The notes below the pieces were generated by a model. The model saw only the letters and a list, made by a program, of their open reading frames with translations, was not told where the DNA came from and did not search any database. Positions 27,101-40,855 of a stretch of DNA of 64,000 nt are shown here, piece by piece; within the stretch, counting starts at the first letter, position 1, and each line of letters begins with the position of its first letter. Position numbers and translations under genes: made by a program. Origin of the DNA: Octopus vulgaris (lineage: Eukaryota); assembly GCA_951406725.2 (NCBI GenBank), contig OX597827.1:26412001-26476000 (forward strand), written 5' to 3'.

Positions 27101-28074
27101 GAACAACGCCAACACAGAGACGGTGCTCACACGTTTATATGTACCCTTATCTATAGAAAATGGTCTCTGCAGTTTAACCACAACTATCAGTGTGTTAGTG
27201 GATAGTTCTGGAAGTTCACAGCTGTTTACAAATATCTAGACAGAGTTGAAACGAGCAGCATGTACAACTGAGTGATCTTTCTTGTCTGTCCGTGAATATA
27301 TTCTGTATAAAAGCCGTAATGTTCACTTTCGTCCTAGCAGACAGCATTGGCTAAAGAAAAACCTATGAATAAGTTCTGAAATACATTAGAGCAACGAAAC
27401 GCTCTTTACCCATCACTGTTACTACACGAGTAATTTAATAGCAAAACATTCATGTTTATAGAAATCCACAAACCTGCTGTTGAATTTCATTCAGTAAATT
27501 TGTATTTCGTCATCAAAACTACACGACAACGAATGTTTACTGTAAAATTTTCTCGAATTGCATTCACAAAGTTAATGTTTTCCTTTGAGGATGTTGTTTC
27601 AGTTGATGTTTAGTCCCATGCGGTCACTGATAACCATCTTATCCTACTAAATGCCTGATCAATAAAAGATATAACGATGCCTCTAAGCTTCCAGTATTAT
27701 CATAGAAATTATTGATTTTTCCAAACCAGTGTCGAAGGTATCACCCACATCAGCAACAGCAACTACCAAAAAAACCCAAAAAAAAACAACATAAAAAACA
27801 AGAAATGAAACAAAAAATCTCCACATCTACACAATACTAATTCTTAGGAGACATGACATTGTTATCGCAACTATTTTACCATATTATCCAACAGGAATTG
27901 CCCTGACGGCCATAGCAAAGAGGGAACCAAAACTAGAATACATCAATAACTTTAAAACTGAAGACTCCTGGTTAAAGTATAACAGTCCAAGAAAAACAAC
28001 ATTGCAGAGGATTTTAAACAAATAGTATGTTCTTCCATGCGTCTGGAAACAATTGTCAGCCGCGTATCGTAGAG

Positions 28075-28345
28075 AATGGTACTCCGTCGGTTACGACGAC
28101 AATGGCTTTGGTTGACCCGATGAACGAAACAATCTGCAAATGACTGAGTACTTCACACACACACACATGCAATTGATGTGGTTCTCAAGGAGATTCAGCG
28201 TGGCACAAGGTGTGTCAAGTCTGGCTCTTTTGAAATGCAGATACTACTCACCATTGCTACTTGATTGGACTAGAGGAATGTGAAATAAAGTGTCTTGCTC
28301 AAGGACACAACACACCACAGGAAATCGAACAACTAAGCCACGCGC
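28075..28345 (-). mobile_element. Family C SINE (degenerate)
   Basis: GGTACTCCGTCGGTTACGACGAC...GAGATTCAGCGTGGCACA...GTGTCTTGCTCAAGGACACAAC...CTAAGCCACGCGC. Confidence 0.7.
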
Positions 28346-29026
28346 TTTCTCTCAGAATTTAAACATCTAAAGCAGTGCTCCGCAACCGGTAGTCCGCGGC
28401 ACACTGCGGTGCCAGGAGACGATACAAGGTGTGCCGCAGTATATCCTGAATATAAGGTTGTGGAGCAACTGATCGAAAGGTTACAAACAACGAGCCTAAA
28501 TTTACGAACAATTTCAGCAGCATCTCTTTTGATCCACTATAACACTTACAACTCTCGTATCCTGGTTGTAAATTTTCATTATGTACCTTATGATCATTGC
28601 AGTAGCTGGGTTTTTGCAGCACCAGCTTTATGTAAAAAGCTGTAATTTCTGTGGTTCGCCAAGACATGGCAATGCCAATTAATCCCCGGTTCGCAAAACC
28701 GATCGATTTCATGAGAAGTGAATAGATATTCCAACATCTTGAATTTAGTTTCATAGAATTAACACATGTACGTAACCACGTACACATGTGTCCAACAAAA
28801 TCAAGTGCACCCAGCGCGTGTAAACATGATCATGCACACAACAACAACACACACACATAGATATATACAAATGTGTGTGTGTGTGTGTATGTGTGTGTGT
28901 GTGTGTGTGTGTTCGTTTGTTTATATGTTCAGCTGTAATAAAAACAATTTTACATTAATCTGAAGGGCCACTCTATAGTTTTTAGTGGAGTACAGATTTA
29001 TTGCTCTTAAGCAAGAATGTCGTTGA

Positions 29027-29069
29027 CAGTGACTTCGAAGTTTCGGTCAGCTAAGTCATCGTCGGACTG
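29027..29069 (-). ncRNA. Hammerhead-like motif (TTCGAA family)
   Basis: Minus strand: CAGT-CCGACGA-TGACTTAGCTGACC-GAAAC-TTCGAA-GTC-ACTG (stem I CAGT/ACTG, palindromic stem III, GUC triplet). Confidence 0.65.
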
Positions 29070-29385
29070 CGATGCATTAGAGTCAGTCTCGTCCTTATAT
29101 AGTCTGTCGAGTTAAAATCTTCCTTGAGTGTCAGGGTTTGTGTAGGGTTGTATTTAGGATTTTTTAGTGTCACTTGTTATGGAAAGGTGCTTTGGAAAAA
29201 TATATTATTGATTAAATTTGGAATTATGATATTGTCTGGTATTCATTCATGCATGCAGAAGTTTGTAAACAAGCCTGTAGGTGGTTCTCTTTTGTTTAGT
29301 AGGCACAAGGTGAAGCAGTAATTGTGTTGCTTTTCGTATTTTTGGATTTAACCATTCTGCTTTGACAATATAAAGGCCAAAGTAA

Positions 29386-30087
29386 GGCGGCGAGCTGGCA
29401 GAAACATTGGCATACCGGGTGAAATGCTTAGCGGTATTTCGTCTGCCGTTACGTTCTGGGTTCAAATGCCGCCGAGGTCGACTTTGCTTTTCATCCTTTC
29501 GGGGTCGATTAAATAAGTACCAGTTACGCACTGGGGTCGATATAATCGACTTAATCCGTTTGTCTGTCCTTGTTTGTCCCCTCTATGCTTAGCCCCTTGT
29601 GGGTAGTAAAAGAAATAGGTATTTCGTCTGCCGCTACGTTCGGAGTTCAACTTCCGCCGAGGTCGACTTTGTCTTTCATCCGTTCGGGGTCGATTAAGTA
29701 CCAGTTACGCACTTGGGTTGATATAATCGACTTAATCCGTTTGTCTGTCCTTGTTTGTCTCATCTGTGTGTAGCCCCTTGTGGGCAGTAAAGAAATAAGA
29801 AACGTTAGCACGCTGGCCAAATGTTTAGCCGTATTTCGCCTGTATTTACGTTCTGAGTTCAAATTCCGCCGAGGTCGACTTTGCCTTTTATCCTTTCGGG
29901 ATCGATAAATTACGCACTGGGGTCGATGTAATCGACTTAATCCGTTTGTCTGTCCTTGTTTGTCCCCTCTGTGTTTAGCTCCTTGTGGGAGTTGATAAAT
30001 TGAGTACCAGTTGCGTACTCGGGTCAATCCAATCGACTGGCCCCCTTCCCCAAAATTTCTGGCTTTGTGCTTAGAGTAGAAAAGAAC
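29386..30087 (+). mobile_element. Head-to-tail multimer (about 4 units) of family A SINE bounded by one TSD
   Basis: Units start at ~29386, ~29618, ~29799 and ~29994; ATAAAG[G/A]CCAAAGT at 29370-29383 and 30088-30101. Confidence 0.88.
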
Positions 30088-30359
30088 ATAAAGACCAAAG
30101 TTACACATTCCAGTCCTTAGTAAATTGGTGTGTCAACTTTCTTTTTCTAAAAGAATGTAGGTAGGTAATAACTTAAGGCTGGTTCTGTCTTTACTAGTCG
30201 TTGTTATTTAGAGTTGTTTCATGTTTTCAATTGTAAGGTTTCGGGTTAGTAGTCAGGCATGTTTAAAACCTAATTACGACCCCAATCAAACCCACACATC
30301 CAGAGATGGTTTCAGTTCAACAGAGACTATCTAAATGGAAGACTATCTCCAATGCATCA

Positions 30360-30402
30360 CAGTCTAATGATAGCTTAGCTGGATGAAACTTCGAAGTCAC
30401 TG
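30360..30402 (+). ncRNA. Hammerhead-like motif (TTCGAA family), inverted relative to the 29027 copy
   Basis: CAGT-CTAATGA-TAGCTTAGCTGGAT-GAAAC-TTCGAA-GTC-ACTG. Confidence 0.6.
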
Positions 30403-30531
30403 TCAACAATATATACATATATATACACACATACATCTATACATACATCACTCTTTATTCTTCTATCGACTATTTTATTAGTTTATAAACTGCGAATTCC
30501 CTGTCTAGAACTTTCATACATACTCAGCTTA

Positions 30532-30605
30532 TCTCTGATGAAGGAATTCCCAGAGTATGGAGATGCTAACATATCATTTGGGACATCCCAGAAGCATCAG
30601 TAAGA
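30532..30605 (+). ncRNA. Degenerate hammerhead-like motif with long stem II
   Basis: TCT-CTGATGA-A-GGAATTCCCAGA...TTGGGACATCC-CA-GAAGC-ATCA-GTA-AGA. Confidence 0.5.
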
Positions 30606-31674
30606 CATCCAATAATTAATTAATTAGCTAATTAATTAGTTAATTGAAATACCAGTCCTGCCTTGGTTTTGTTGTCCTTTTCCCTCTACTACACACACAC
30701 ACAATGGGCTTCCGCGCGGTTTCTCTCAAGCGAATTTTATTTACAAACTGTTGACAAACCTGAAATTATAGCAGAAAGCACCGTGTTCTCTGCTCGTACC
30801 TACAACCCCGTCTTCATGATGTGATCAATTTAACCACATAGCCGTAACTTCACCGATTTATATATTTGCATTATTTCTTCACCTGCATCTTTCTATGCGT
30901 GTGTGTTTTTCTACCTGTGTCTCTGTGCCTTTATCTATATGCGTTTACATATGTTTGTGTTGTGTGTGTGTGTGCTTGTGATGCTACAGCGGAACCGACG
31001 TCATTAGACATCAAAGCAGTTGAGGCTTTCATTCTGTAAAGTTGACAGTATTTGCGCTGCCGCTTATTCTTTTGAAGCTGTCTGTAGGGATGTATATACA
31101 ACAGTAAAACATTATCATTTCGAATGTTTGAAAAACCGTGTTTACGTGACAGTTTTTCCCCACAAATCCAATGCTGTCGTTATAACTAAATAGATTAGAT
31201 CCTCTATAGATATATTCTTTGATTTTTGTTCTGTTTTTCTCTATTAATTATCAAAGCACTAAGAACATCAATTCTTTGTCTTCGATCGCAATTAAATATT
31301 AAGCATTAATTGTTTTTCTTTACGTTATTTTCATTTAGGATGTTTGTTCTTTTTGCCTTTTTGCCTAAGCCTAACAAGTGAATTTATGGCGTACATTTAT
31401 GCAAAATGTGAATTTGTGCGAACATAGGAAATGGGAATATTTCCACTTGTTTATGTAAAATGTAAATGAACATGTTCACGTAATAGTGTAAACTGTGAAT
31501 GCTTGTGTACTCATGTTGATAAAATAAAATTTAAAACCTTTCATCTCTATTCCTCTGACAGTCACATTTCAATCACAAAGCGATTGAATAAATACATAAC
31601 TGAAATTCGCCCTTAGAATTCTTTAAGTTCACTTACAGACAGAAAATTAAATCATGAGATTAGAAAACGTGCAT

Positions 31675-31875
31675 TGGCACACCGTCTGTTGCAACGACGA
31701 GGGTTCAAGAAGATCTGATCAACGCAGCAGCTTGCCCATGAAATTAATGTGCAAGTGGGTGAGCGCTTCACAGACAGGCATGCCCTAAACGTATTTCACT
31801 GGGAGATTCAGTGTGACACGGAATTCGATAAGGCTGGCCGTTCGAATTACAGGTACAACTAGCTTTTGTCCGCTA
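31675..31875 (-). mobile_element. Family C SINE 3' portion
   Basis: GGCACACCGTCTGTTGCAACGACGAGGGTTC...GAAATTAATGTGCAAGTGG...GAGATTCAGTGTGACAC...TACAGGTACAA is the reverse complement of 41050-41237. Confidence 0.75.
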
Positions 31876-32761
31876 AGTCGAAAATGAACTATTCCCAACA
31901 AAGGGAGTTAACTCCCCTGATCTACATCGTAAAACGGCCAGTAGTCTTAGAGTCATATCACTGTAAAAATATCTTTCAAAACTATAATCCTCTTTTTTTT
32001 TTTATTAAACATTGATTCATCGTATCACAAAAGATATCACCATTGAGCTATAAATTATAGCATTTTAATACTGGGCTGAAAAAGCGTTTCGAATAGACGG
32101 AGTCGAACTCTACGCGATATTTGCATGCTGCTATTTATTGCATGATCCACTCTATCGCAAAAGTCAATGTCCCGAAAAAGAATTATGTCACGTTCTCTCA
32201 AACGTTTATAAAGTTCTATTGACGTCAGCAAATTCCAGCATCATATTTTCTTTTACAAATTTTATGCGCAGTCTATAATACAAGACGTAAGCTAAGCTAC
32301 ACGGTGTAAAGAAAATGGTTTGGCACCATCTTGGATTATTCTAATAGTTCTTTGTTTTTATAATACCAGGAAACGCATTAGTTACGTGATGAAATGTGGC
32401 GAAGGAAACTCCGAGGAACGGAACAGAAAACTACATAAATTCATGTTTTGTAAATATGCTGACGTCGGCTATACACGCACTCATATACTGTAAACACAGA
32501 AGTAAGCTTAAACTGATACATACGCACCAAACACACACACGCATACACACACACACGCACGCACACACGCACTCACACACAAGAACATACATTATCAGAT
32601 ACCACATGCGTGCATGCACAATCAAGCACGCACATACACGCATATCACAGAACAATATATATATATATGTATATGTATATGTATGTGTGTGTGTGTTGCT
32701 TTGATGTAAATAAATCGCGCATGCATTCCTGTGCGTGAGTATATATATATGTATATGCGTG

Positions 32762-32894
<133 letters not shown>

Positions 32895-33510
32895 GGACAG
32901 TAAACCAGTGAGAGAGACAAACACGTATATATTTATATATATGCACATGCATAATCATGTGTGCGTGCAAACACCACGCTCTTCTCATATATATCACCTG
33001 TTCTCTTTACTACATTTTGCAATATGAGTTATTCCTCTTCTCTCCTCGCCTATTGTATTTACGTGTGTCGTGTTTATATATGAAAGAGTGTATATGCCTG
33101 TGAATTCTATCGTATACGATACGTATATACGCCATTTTGTGCTTTCTTGCTGGTTTAAGTGTGTGCCATTATGTGTCGGTAGCATACCAGTATAAAAGTC
33201 TTGTATGCGGTTTTCTGAAGAGGTTGTGTATATAATGTTACATCGTCAAAGAGAGGCAAGAAATGTTTATCAGCTCTATGGATGTCAGCATGACAACCGC
33301 CCTTAGTCATTGAATTAAAGCTGAACTAAAATATTTCCAAGATGGCGTCACATGTAGCGTATCTATTTCTGTCGATAGATTTGTGTATACATATATATAT
33401 ACGTACATAAATATCTCTTACTTTCTTTTTCACCATTCCCACTCACTTACTCTGTCTTATAGTCTGTCTTTCTTTCTTTCTCTCTCTATCTACACAAATA
33501 CAGACACATA

Positions 33511-33560
<50 letters not shown>

Positions 33561-34224
33561 CATAAACATATAATATACATGTACATATCCATATATAAAC
33601 ATATATGTATGTGTGTGTCTCAAAATGTTTATAATTTATTCATATATATATACATATATACAAATATATTCTTGTATTTATAAGTTCACACAGGCATATA
33701 TATAAACGTAGATATATTCATATGTATATAATTTTACATAGGAATATATATATATATACAAACACACACATGTATGCATATTTATGCGTATAAATGAATT
33801 TATATATGAATTTACTATTTATACATGCATCTCTATAATATAATAAATCAATATATACATACATGCATACACACAAAAATACATACATACACATACAGAC
33901 ACATATTTATATATATATATATATGTACAGAGCTAAATACAAATACGCACAAGTTTAGATAACTTACATACATACCTATAAATGTGTGCGTGTAAGTGCG
34001 TGCGCATAGTGTATGTACATATTTCTGTGTACGCCCTTATGTATGTCTGTGCGAATACACGGTTATTAATATGGCTTCTTGCTTACTCTGTGCTAAAAGC
34101 CAAATGCAATTATCGCAGTATCAACATGTATATTTTTTAACCTCTATATTACGTCTCCCTCACTCACCCCTCTCTCCTCTTTCTCCTTCTTTCTCTCTCT
34201 CTCTCGCTTTCTTCTCCCTCTCAC

Positions 34225-34271
<47 letters not shown>

Positions 34272-34353
34272 TTAACAGCCTGCCAGCAAATGTGAACAGT
34301 TTTGCAAAATCTCGCAATAACTGTATTTAACCTTTTCAAATATATACACACAC

Positions 34354-34442
<89 letters not shown>

Positions 34443-34955
34443 GTGTGTGTGTGTTTATTTTCTCCATATAACTTATATCGACACATAGAGACACATCGAT
34501 AACTTTACTTCCTCCCACCTCCTTCCTGATATTTCCCATCGCCTATTTCTCATTGCTCTACCTTTACAAACATGCGCGCGCATGTGTGTGTGTGTGTCTG
34601 TGTAAATGTCAGTGCGTGTTCAAGTGTAGTGCACCGAGGAAGGAAAAGTTTGCATACTTTATAATCAAATATCGAAGTGTCTCTATCTGTGTGTGCCTCT
34701 CTGTGTGCGCTTATGTATGCGAGCACGTTTGTGTGTGTGTGTTTACATATGTATGTGAGTGTAAGTGTGTGTGTGTGACTATGTATGTGTTTGGTTCTTT
34801 GTACAAGTGTATGCGTGCGTATATATAAATATGTATGTGTATGAATGTTTATACATAAAATACATACTTGGAAATATATATATACTTTATGTATACAAAT
34901 GTATATTGAATATATATATATCATATATATATATATATATATATAAACATGTATG

Positions 34956-35007
<52 letters not shown>

Positions 35008-35010
<3 letters not shown>

Positions 35011-35345
35011 ATGTGTGGCTGTTTGGTAAGAAGCTTGTTTCTCAACCATATGGTTCTGGGTTCAGTCCAACTGCGTGTTACCTTCGGTTAGCGGTTTCCA
35101 CTATAGCCTCGGTCCGACCAAAGATTTTGTGTAGACGGAAACTGAAAGAAGTCCGTCGTATATATATATATGTATATATATATTTCTGTGTCTGTGTTTG
35201 TACCCCGACCATCACTTGAGAACCGATGCTGGTGTGCTTACCTCCTATAACTTAACGGTTCGGCAAATGTGACCGATAGAATAATCACCAAGCTTAAAAG
35301 ATTAAGACCATGTCCGCTGTCAAATGACTGAAACTAATACAAGAA
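35008..35345 (+). mobile_element. Family B SINE (degenerate)
   Basis: GTGGCTGTTTGGTAAGAAGCTTG...GGGTTCAGTCC...GACGGAAACTGAAAGAAG...AACGGTTCGGCAAA...TCAAATGACTGAAAC. Confidence 0.82.
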
Positions 35346-35379
35346 TATAAATGAATATGTGTGAGTGTGTGTGTGTGCA

Positions 35380-35428
<49 letters not shown>

Positions 35429-35430
<2 letters not shown>

Positions 35431-36117
35431 TGTGTCCCAAAAGTACTGATGGGTTTCAATTTTTAAAACTTCCTTAACTTTACAAATAAATGCATGCAAT
35501 TTTGGTACAATGTAAAGAACATACTCGAAATTAATATGCAATTTTGCAACACCATTACATCACATATGAAAAATGATATTGTTTAAATGGCATCCATTTT
35601 CGACTTCGCACGCCCGTGTTCTTTCCAAAATTTGCACCTAACGCCTTCAAGAATTTCAGACCCCACTTCTCTAATTTCTTTATTGATGTCCTCCTTCATT
35701 TGCACTAGGGTCTCCGGTTTGTTGACGTAAACCCTCTGTTTGAGGAACGTCCACAAGACAAAAATCAGGGTTAGTCAAGTTTGGTGAACGTGAAGGCCAT
35801 TTAAATTAGACCCCACGCATGGTTCCAGCAAGATGAGGCAACTGCTCATACTGGCCGAGAAACAATGCAGTTGTTACGGCAGTGATTTGGAGAGAATAAT
35901 CTCCTGCTACGGCAACGTCTGTCGACCTTCACGTTCCTCAGACTTGACGAACTCGATGTCATTTTTCATGTGTGATGTAGTGATATTACAAAGTTTGAGT
36001 TGTGCATATTAATTTCTACTATATTCTTTATATTGTATCAAAATTTGATGTATTTATTTGTAAAGTTAAGGCAGTTATTAAAAATTGGAACTCATCAGTT
36101 ACTTTTGGGACACCGTG
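35429..36117 (-). mobile_element. Non-autonomous Tc1/mariner-superfamily (DD37D-like) derivative with ~150-bp imperfect TIRs
   Basis: GTGTCCCAAAAGTACTGATG...ATTAATATGCA versus TGCATATTAAT...CATCAGTTACTTTTGGGACAC. The internal minus-strand relic reads WPSRSPNL...VYVNKPETL..MKEDI..EI (WPPRSPDL motif region). Confidence 0.8.
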
Positions 36118-36199
36118 TTTATACTGCGAGTTTGGAGGATATCATCGAGGTAGACAGTTAAAATTTGAGAATTATATATATACATTTATATATTTGTTG

Positions 36200-36676
36200 T
36201 GCAACATTTTTTATGTGAAATCGTGTGTTGAAACAGATATTGTATTTCGGAATGGTCATATTGCCAGTTTAGCCAATAAAAACACACGCACTATATATTT
36301 GGTGTTACTTTGCTTCACTGTTATCTATTTTTTACATTAAACTTAATCTTATTTCAGCCAGAGTTCTTTCGTCACACTCCTGTGACCGCATCAGTGGTCC
36401 TTTGATTTCTTCTTTCTTATTTGTGTGTCTCTCCTTACTAACGGTCAGCCATTTTGTATTCCTATTGTCCTATTGTCATTTGTGCATGCATATACCCCTA
36501 TGTGCATATATGTTTAGTTAGTGTGTGTGTGTAGGGGGGATGCCTGTAATATTTATATCTGGCCGAAATAAGATTAAGTTTAATGTAAAAAATAAATAAC
36601 AGTGAAGCAAAGTAACACCAAATATATAGTGCGTGTGTTTTTATTGGCTAAACTGGCAAAATTACCATTCCGAAAT

Positions 36677-36683
<7 letters not shown>
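36200..36683. mobile_element. Short non-coding PLE-type element with ~120-bp inverted arms and a hammerhead-like motif (36358-36397, minus strand), between (TA)-rich flanks
   Basis: Arms 36240-36362 and 36558-36680 are reverse complements. Minus strand reads CCA-CTGATGC-G-GTCACA-GGAG-TGTGAC-GAAA-GAAC-TC-TGG. Confidence 0.75.
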
Positions 36684-36715
<32 letters not shown>

Positions 36716-36856
36716 ATGGTCTCCAATTTTTTGTCTTTATATGTGTTTAAGTATATGCGTAGGTGTGAATGAGAGCATAATATGCACAGGCTGGTTCCTG
36801 GATATTCAACCAGTCTTCAGACATGCAGCCAAATATACATGTCTGCACACACACAC

Positions 36857-36942
<86 letters not shown>

Positions 36943-37397
36943 CTACAGACACACACATGCATACACATACCAAAGCATACAAACATGCATACATACATGC
37001 GACACAATATTATATCTTCAATCAACATCTTGAGTTATCATCTTTACCTTTTTCGTGCTTCTCCTTGTCTATGTATGTATGTATGAGTGTGTGTACGCAT
37101 TCATATACAAATATATATGGGAGCGGTATATACACGCATACACGCAGGTGATGTATATGTAAATATGTGTATACGCCTGTGTCTACATATGCGCGTATTA
37201 ATGTGTCTGGTTTTGTGTGCGTATGCCGTTCTCATTTTCCTTCATCGTTTGCTATTTATAGCGAGAAAGTATAAGTCAGCGAGATGAAACCTTCCTGCTA
37301 CTGTAACAAATAACCCCAGAGGTTATTAACAGAACAACAACCACAACAACTACAACAACAACAACGATCTCAAAATCATTATTATTATCATTATTAC

Positions 37398-37399
37398 TT

Positions 37400-37473
<74 letters not shown>

Positions 37474-37484
37474 AAGAAGAAGAA
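37398..37484. repeat. Compound microsatellite (TAA)n-(GAA)n
   Basis: Read directly. Confidence 0.95.
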
Positions 37485-40400
37485 TGATAGTTTCGTTATT
37501 TTCGAAAACCCCTGCTGTGAAATGTCATAGTTACTTCAAGAGGAAAAAATCTTCTAATATCATCCGTAATTTGGTTCCAGTGCGACCGCTGAAATCTTTC
37601 TCTACGCTACAGGTTGCTCTGTGTGTGTTATACACACCTCTGCAAATATATATTGATTATATATATTCGTATATGTATAAAATGCAGCAACAACAACAAT
37701 ATCATTTCCTTGTCGTTAACTTCAGTATTACAGGTTTTTTTTTTTTCTGAGATTAGGTTTGCTTTTTTGACTTTTTAAAATTTTGTTTTTAGTTTTTCGT
37801 TTCTGCTATTTGCACTCGTTACTAATATCGTGGGGAATTCTGAAAGTGAATATTTGATCTGCAGAAACACACCTTTACATCCCTCCCTACTGGAATACTC
37901 TGAGATGCCCTACGGGTTTTATAGAGAGGGAGTTATCTCCCTTGCTGGACATTGTTTACAGCGCATGACAGGAACTGTGGAAGGATCGAAACGGTGGCCT
38001 CCTGGAATGCATGCTGAGTGTGTACCGGGAGTCTCTGCTGTGAGATTGCCCGTGCTGCAGCATATCTCGGACATTGATATGTGACGGTCATTGTGGTATA
38101 TCTTCTACTTTCGATATTACCCGGAAAGCAGTCATTACTCGTTCACGTGAATCTCCTCTTATCAGCGAAGAAGACATTCCACCTATCATCATGATAAAGT
38201 AAAGAAAATATTGGGTAAAATACTCCAATGTATATAAAAATAGGTCGATCAGTCAGGGATAGAATGATTGGATCATAAATATACCTGAGTAGAAAAATGC
38301 TTATCATATTAACTACAAGTATTGTTAAGTGTACATGTATATTGTTGCGTGCAGAGACACTAGAACGTCCCCACTCGTTTATCACTGATTCTTTCATCGC
38401 TTATCCGGGATAACACAAAGCATTCAGTTGTTACGTTTTGCACTGGTTACAAATTGATCTGTGACGACACGGGACGGCGATTAGATAAAGGTTCTCTTTG
38501 CATCACCCAAAAAGTGCGATCCAACAACCAGCAGCAACGCTTGTGACAACATGGGCTCTCTGAATGAAACCTATTTCTCCCATATGTTTTATCATTAATT
38601 TAAGGTTGATTCATTTAACATGGTGATCTTGGAACCCAAAACACGTAATAAAAAATGCAACATTGCTTATCTATAACCTAGGCATTAAGCCATTTTTGTG
38701 TGTGCGTATGAGTGTGTGTGTGCGTGCGTGTGAGCGTGTGGCTGTGTATGCGTGTGTGGGGGGTGAAATAATGTGTCTCCTGGACAGTGTCAGAAACTGA
38801 CTGGTTAATTTATCGAAACTGGAAATGTTAAAGCCGAAGATGACGACGATGCGATTCGAATTTGATAAAGAGATCTAATACCATAAGACATTTTTCGTCG
38901 GTCTCTGAATGCTATGAAGGACTACTTAAACCTCTCCAAAGATCCCCAAAAATTTTTCGTTGGAACTCGAAAGAATTTCATTTATGAAAGCACAGCATAT
39001 TTTGTCTTTGAGTTGAACGAGATTCCTTTATATGAACTTATTTACCTGACTATACTTCGAAATGCCTAAATTTCAAGGATTTAAAGAATGAAAGCTTCGA
39101 TATGAATTTTTTATCAGAGGTGCACAATCTAGAATAGTGGTACCTAGACGTTTCGCTATCAAGGACCTTTTTTAATTAAATGACTATTCAATAGACTTAT
39201 ATTACCGAACTCCAAATTAGCTTTCTCTCTTTCATCTCTGAATATTTATTTTAAAATTTAAACATTTTGTGCACAACACACAGAACTTATACCATCAATG
39301 CTCTGTATTCGTTTTGTAACCCTCACAGGTCCCTAAATCCCATATTCAGAATAGTTGATGTGGAGCGTCCTAAATATATAGTCTCCCAATTTTAACCATA
39401 GAATAGTATCTTATAGCTTGTAGCATCTCCAATTTCCGATCTCTACTTGTACTGTAGTAGACAGAGCATATAAATTTTTCTCCGAGTACCTAAAAGAATA
39501 CGTATGTTATGTGTAGCTTTTTTTAAATATACGCTCTGTCACACCTAAATAAGCAAAGCAATTTAGACTGATCTTAAAACATTAGTTTTCTGTTGCAGTC
39601 CAACTGCTTACTGCGTCATTTTTTTTTGTGAGCATGAGATAAAACAGATACATTTCTACTGGTGTTGAGTAGACGATGCGTGATATATTTCTAAATCATT
39701 AAGAGTGTCACTACAAATTGTATCAAACTATTCATAGGGATATACGATGCAATTACCAAGAACTCTAAGTCACTGTGCACAAAGGCCTAAGTTTCGAAAC
39801 CATACTAGACGTTTTAAATCGTGTTGCATTATTCTCTATTGACGTCTCCACTGAACTTACAAAATTCCAGGGACGAAAATAGCTCAAAATGTCGTCATCA
39901 AAATACCTACATTTCATGGAAGTTTATTCAACACATACAGGTTGAATGTATTGTTCCTTCATTGTTGAAATTTCTTTTAACTTTTTCGAAAGTTATAGAA
40001 GTACTTTGAAGTGTTTTGAAGATTCTTTGAAGGTTTAGAATTCTGCTTTGTAACTAAAAACTTCACGTCAAAGGCTTTTTGTAACCAAAGGATTGTTCAA
40101 AGGCTTTTTAAACCAAAGGATTGTTCAAAGCCATTACGTATGATAACTTCAGACTTTTTGTGAACTACTCATCTTTTTTTTTTATAACTATAAAACAAAA
40201 TTCGATTCCTTTTGTCTATTGAATTTTATATATTATTTATATTATATTGCATAAGTAGCGACCATCTGTTTCATTTGTATCGCTAATATCACTCTCGCCC
40301 TCCACCACTCCTTCCCTCCATCACGCCTCCTTTTTCTCTCCATATCTCTTTCTTTCTCTCCACTTTTCTTTACTCTCTTCTATTTCTCTTATGTTGTACG

Positions 40401-40729
40401 AACCACTCTCTTTTTCATTTTTTTTATTGTTCATCTTTTTTTTCAAAACAAACGAGTCTGTTTATCTCCGCTTCAAATATCTTCCTGAATTCCCTTCCCC
40501 ATTCTCATCTTCCAAACTCTCGATAATCACTCAAGCCAGCTTTTCCCTTCCTATCCTTTTCGTTTCCATATTTTTTGCTTCGTTTTCCGATCAAATATAT
40601 ATATACATATTTTTCAATAGACCATTTCTAAAATAACCGTCTCATCTACCTGGATGCTATGTCATGATGCTCAGCCGCTTATCTCCTCATTCACTGCGTA
40701 TTCCCTTTTTGTATTCCTTTCTCCATTTC

Positions 40730-40771
<42 letters not shown>

Positions 40772-40855
40772 CATTTTTCCTCTTCTCATTCAACTTCTCT
40801 CTTGCCCCATACTTCCGGTTCCTCCCCTTTTCCCTCATCTACATTTGTCTTCAGT

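Noticed and set aside
37860-38090. SLAGHC-containing stretch reminiscent of an RTE C-terminus
   Set aside because: A single short motif is insufficient to call.
40070-40130. ~29-bp tandem duplication (AAAGGCTTTTT..AACCAAAGGATTGTTC)
   Set aside because: An ordinary two-copy local duplication with no spacers; not CRISPR-like.
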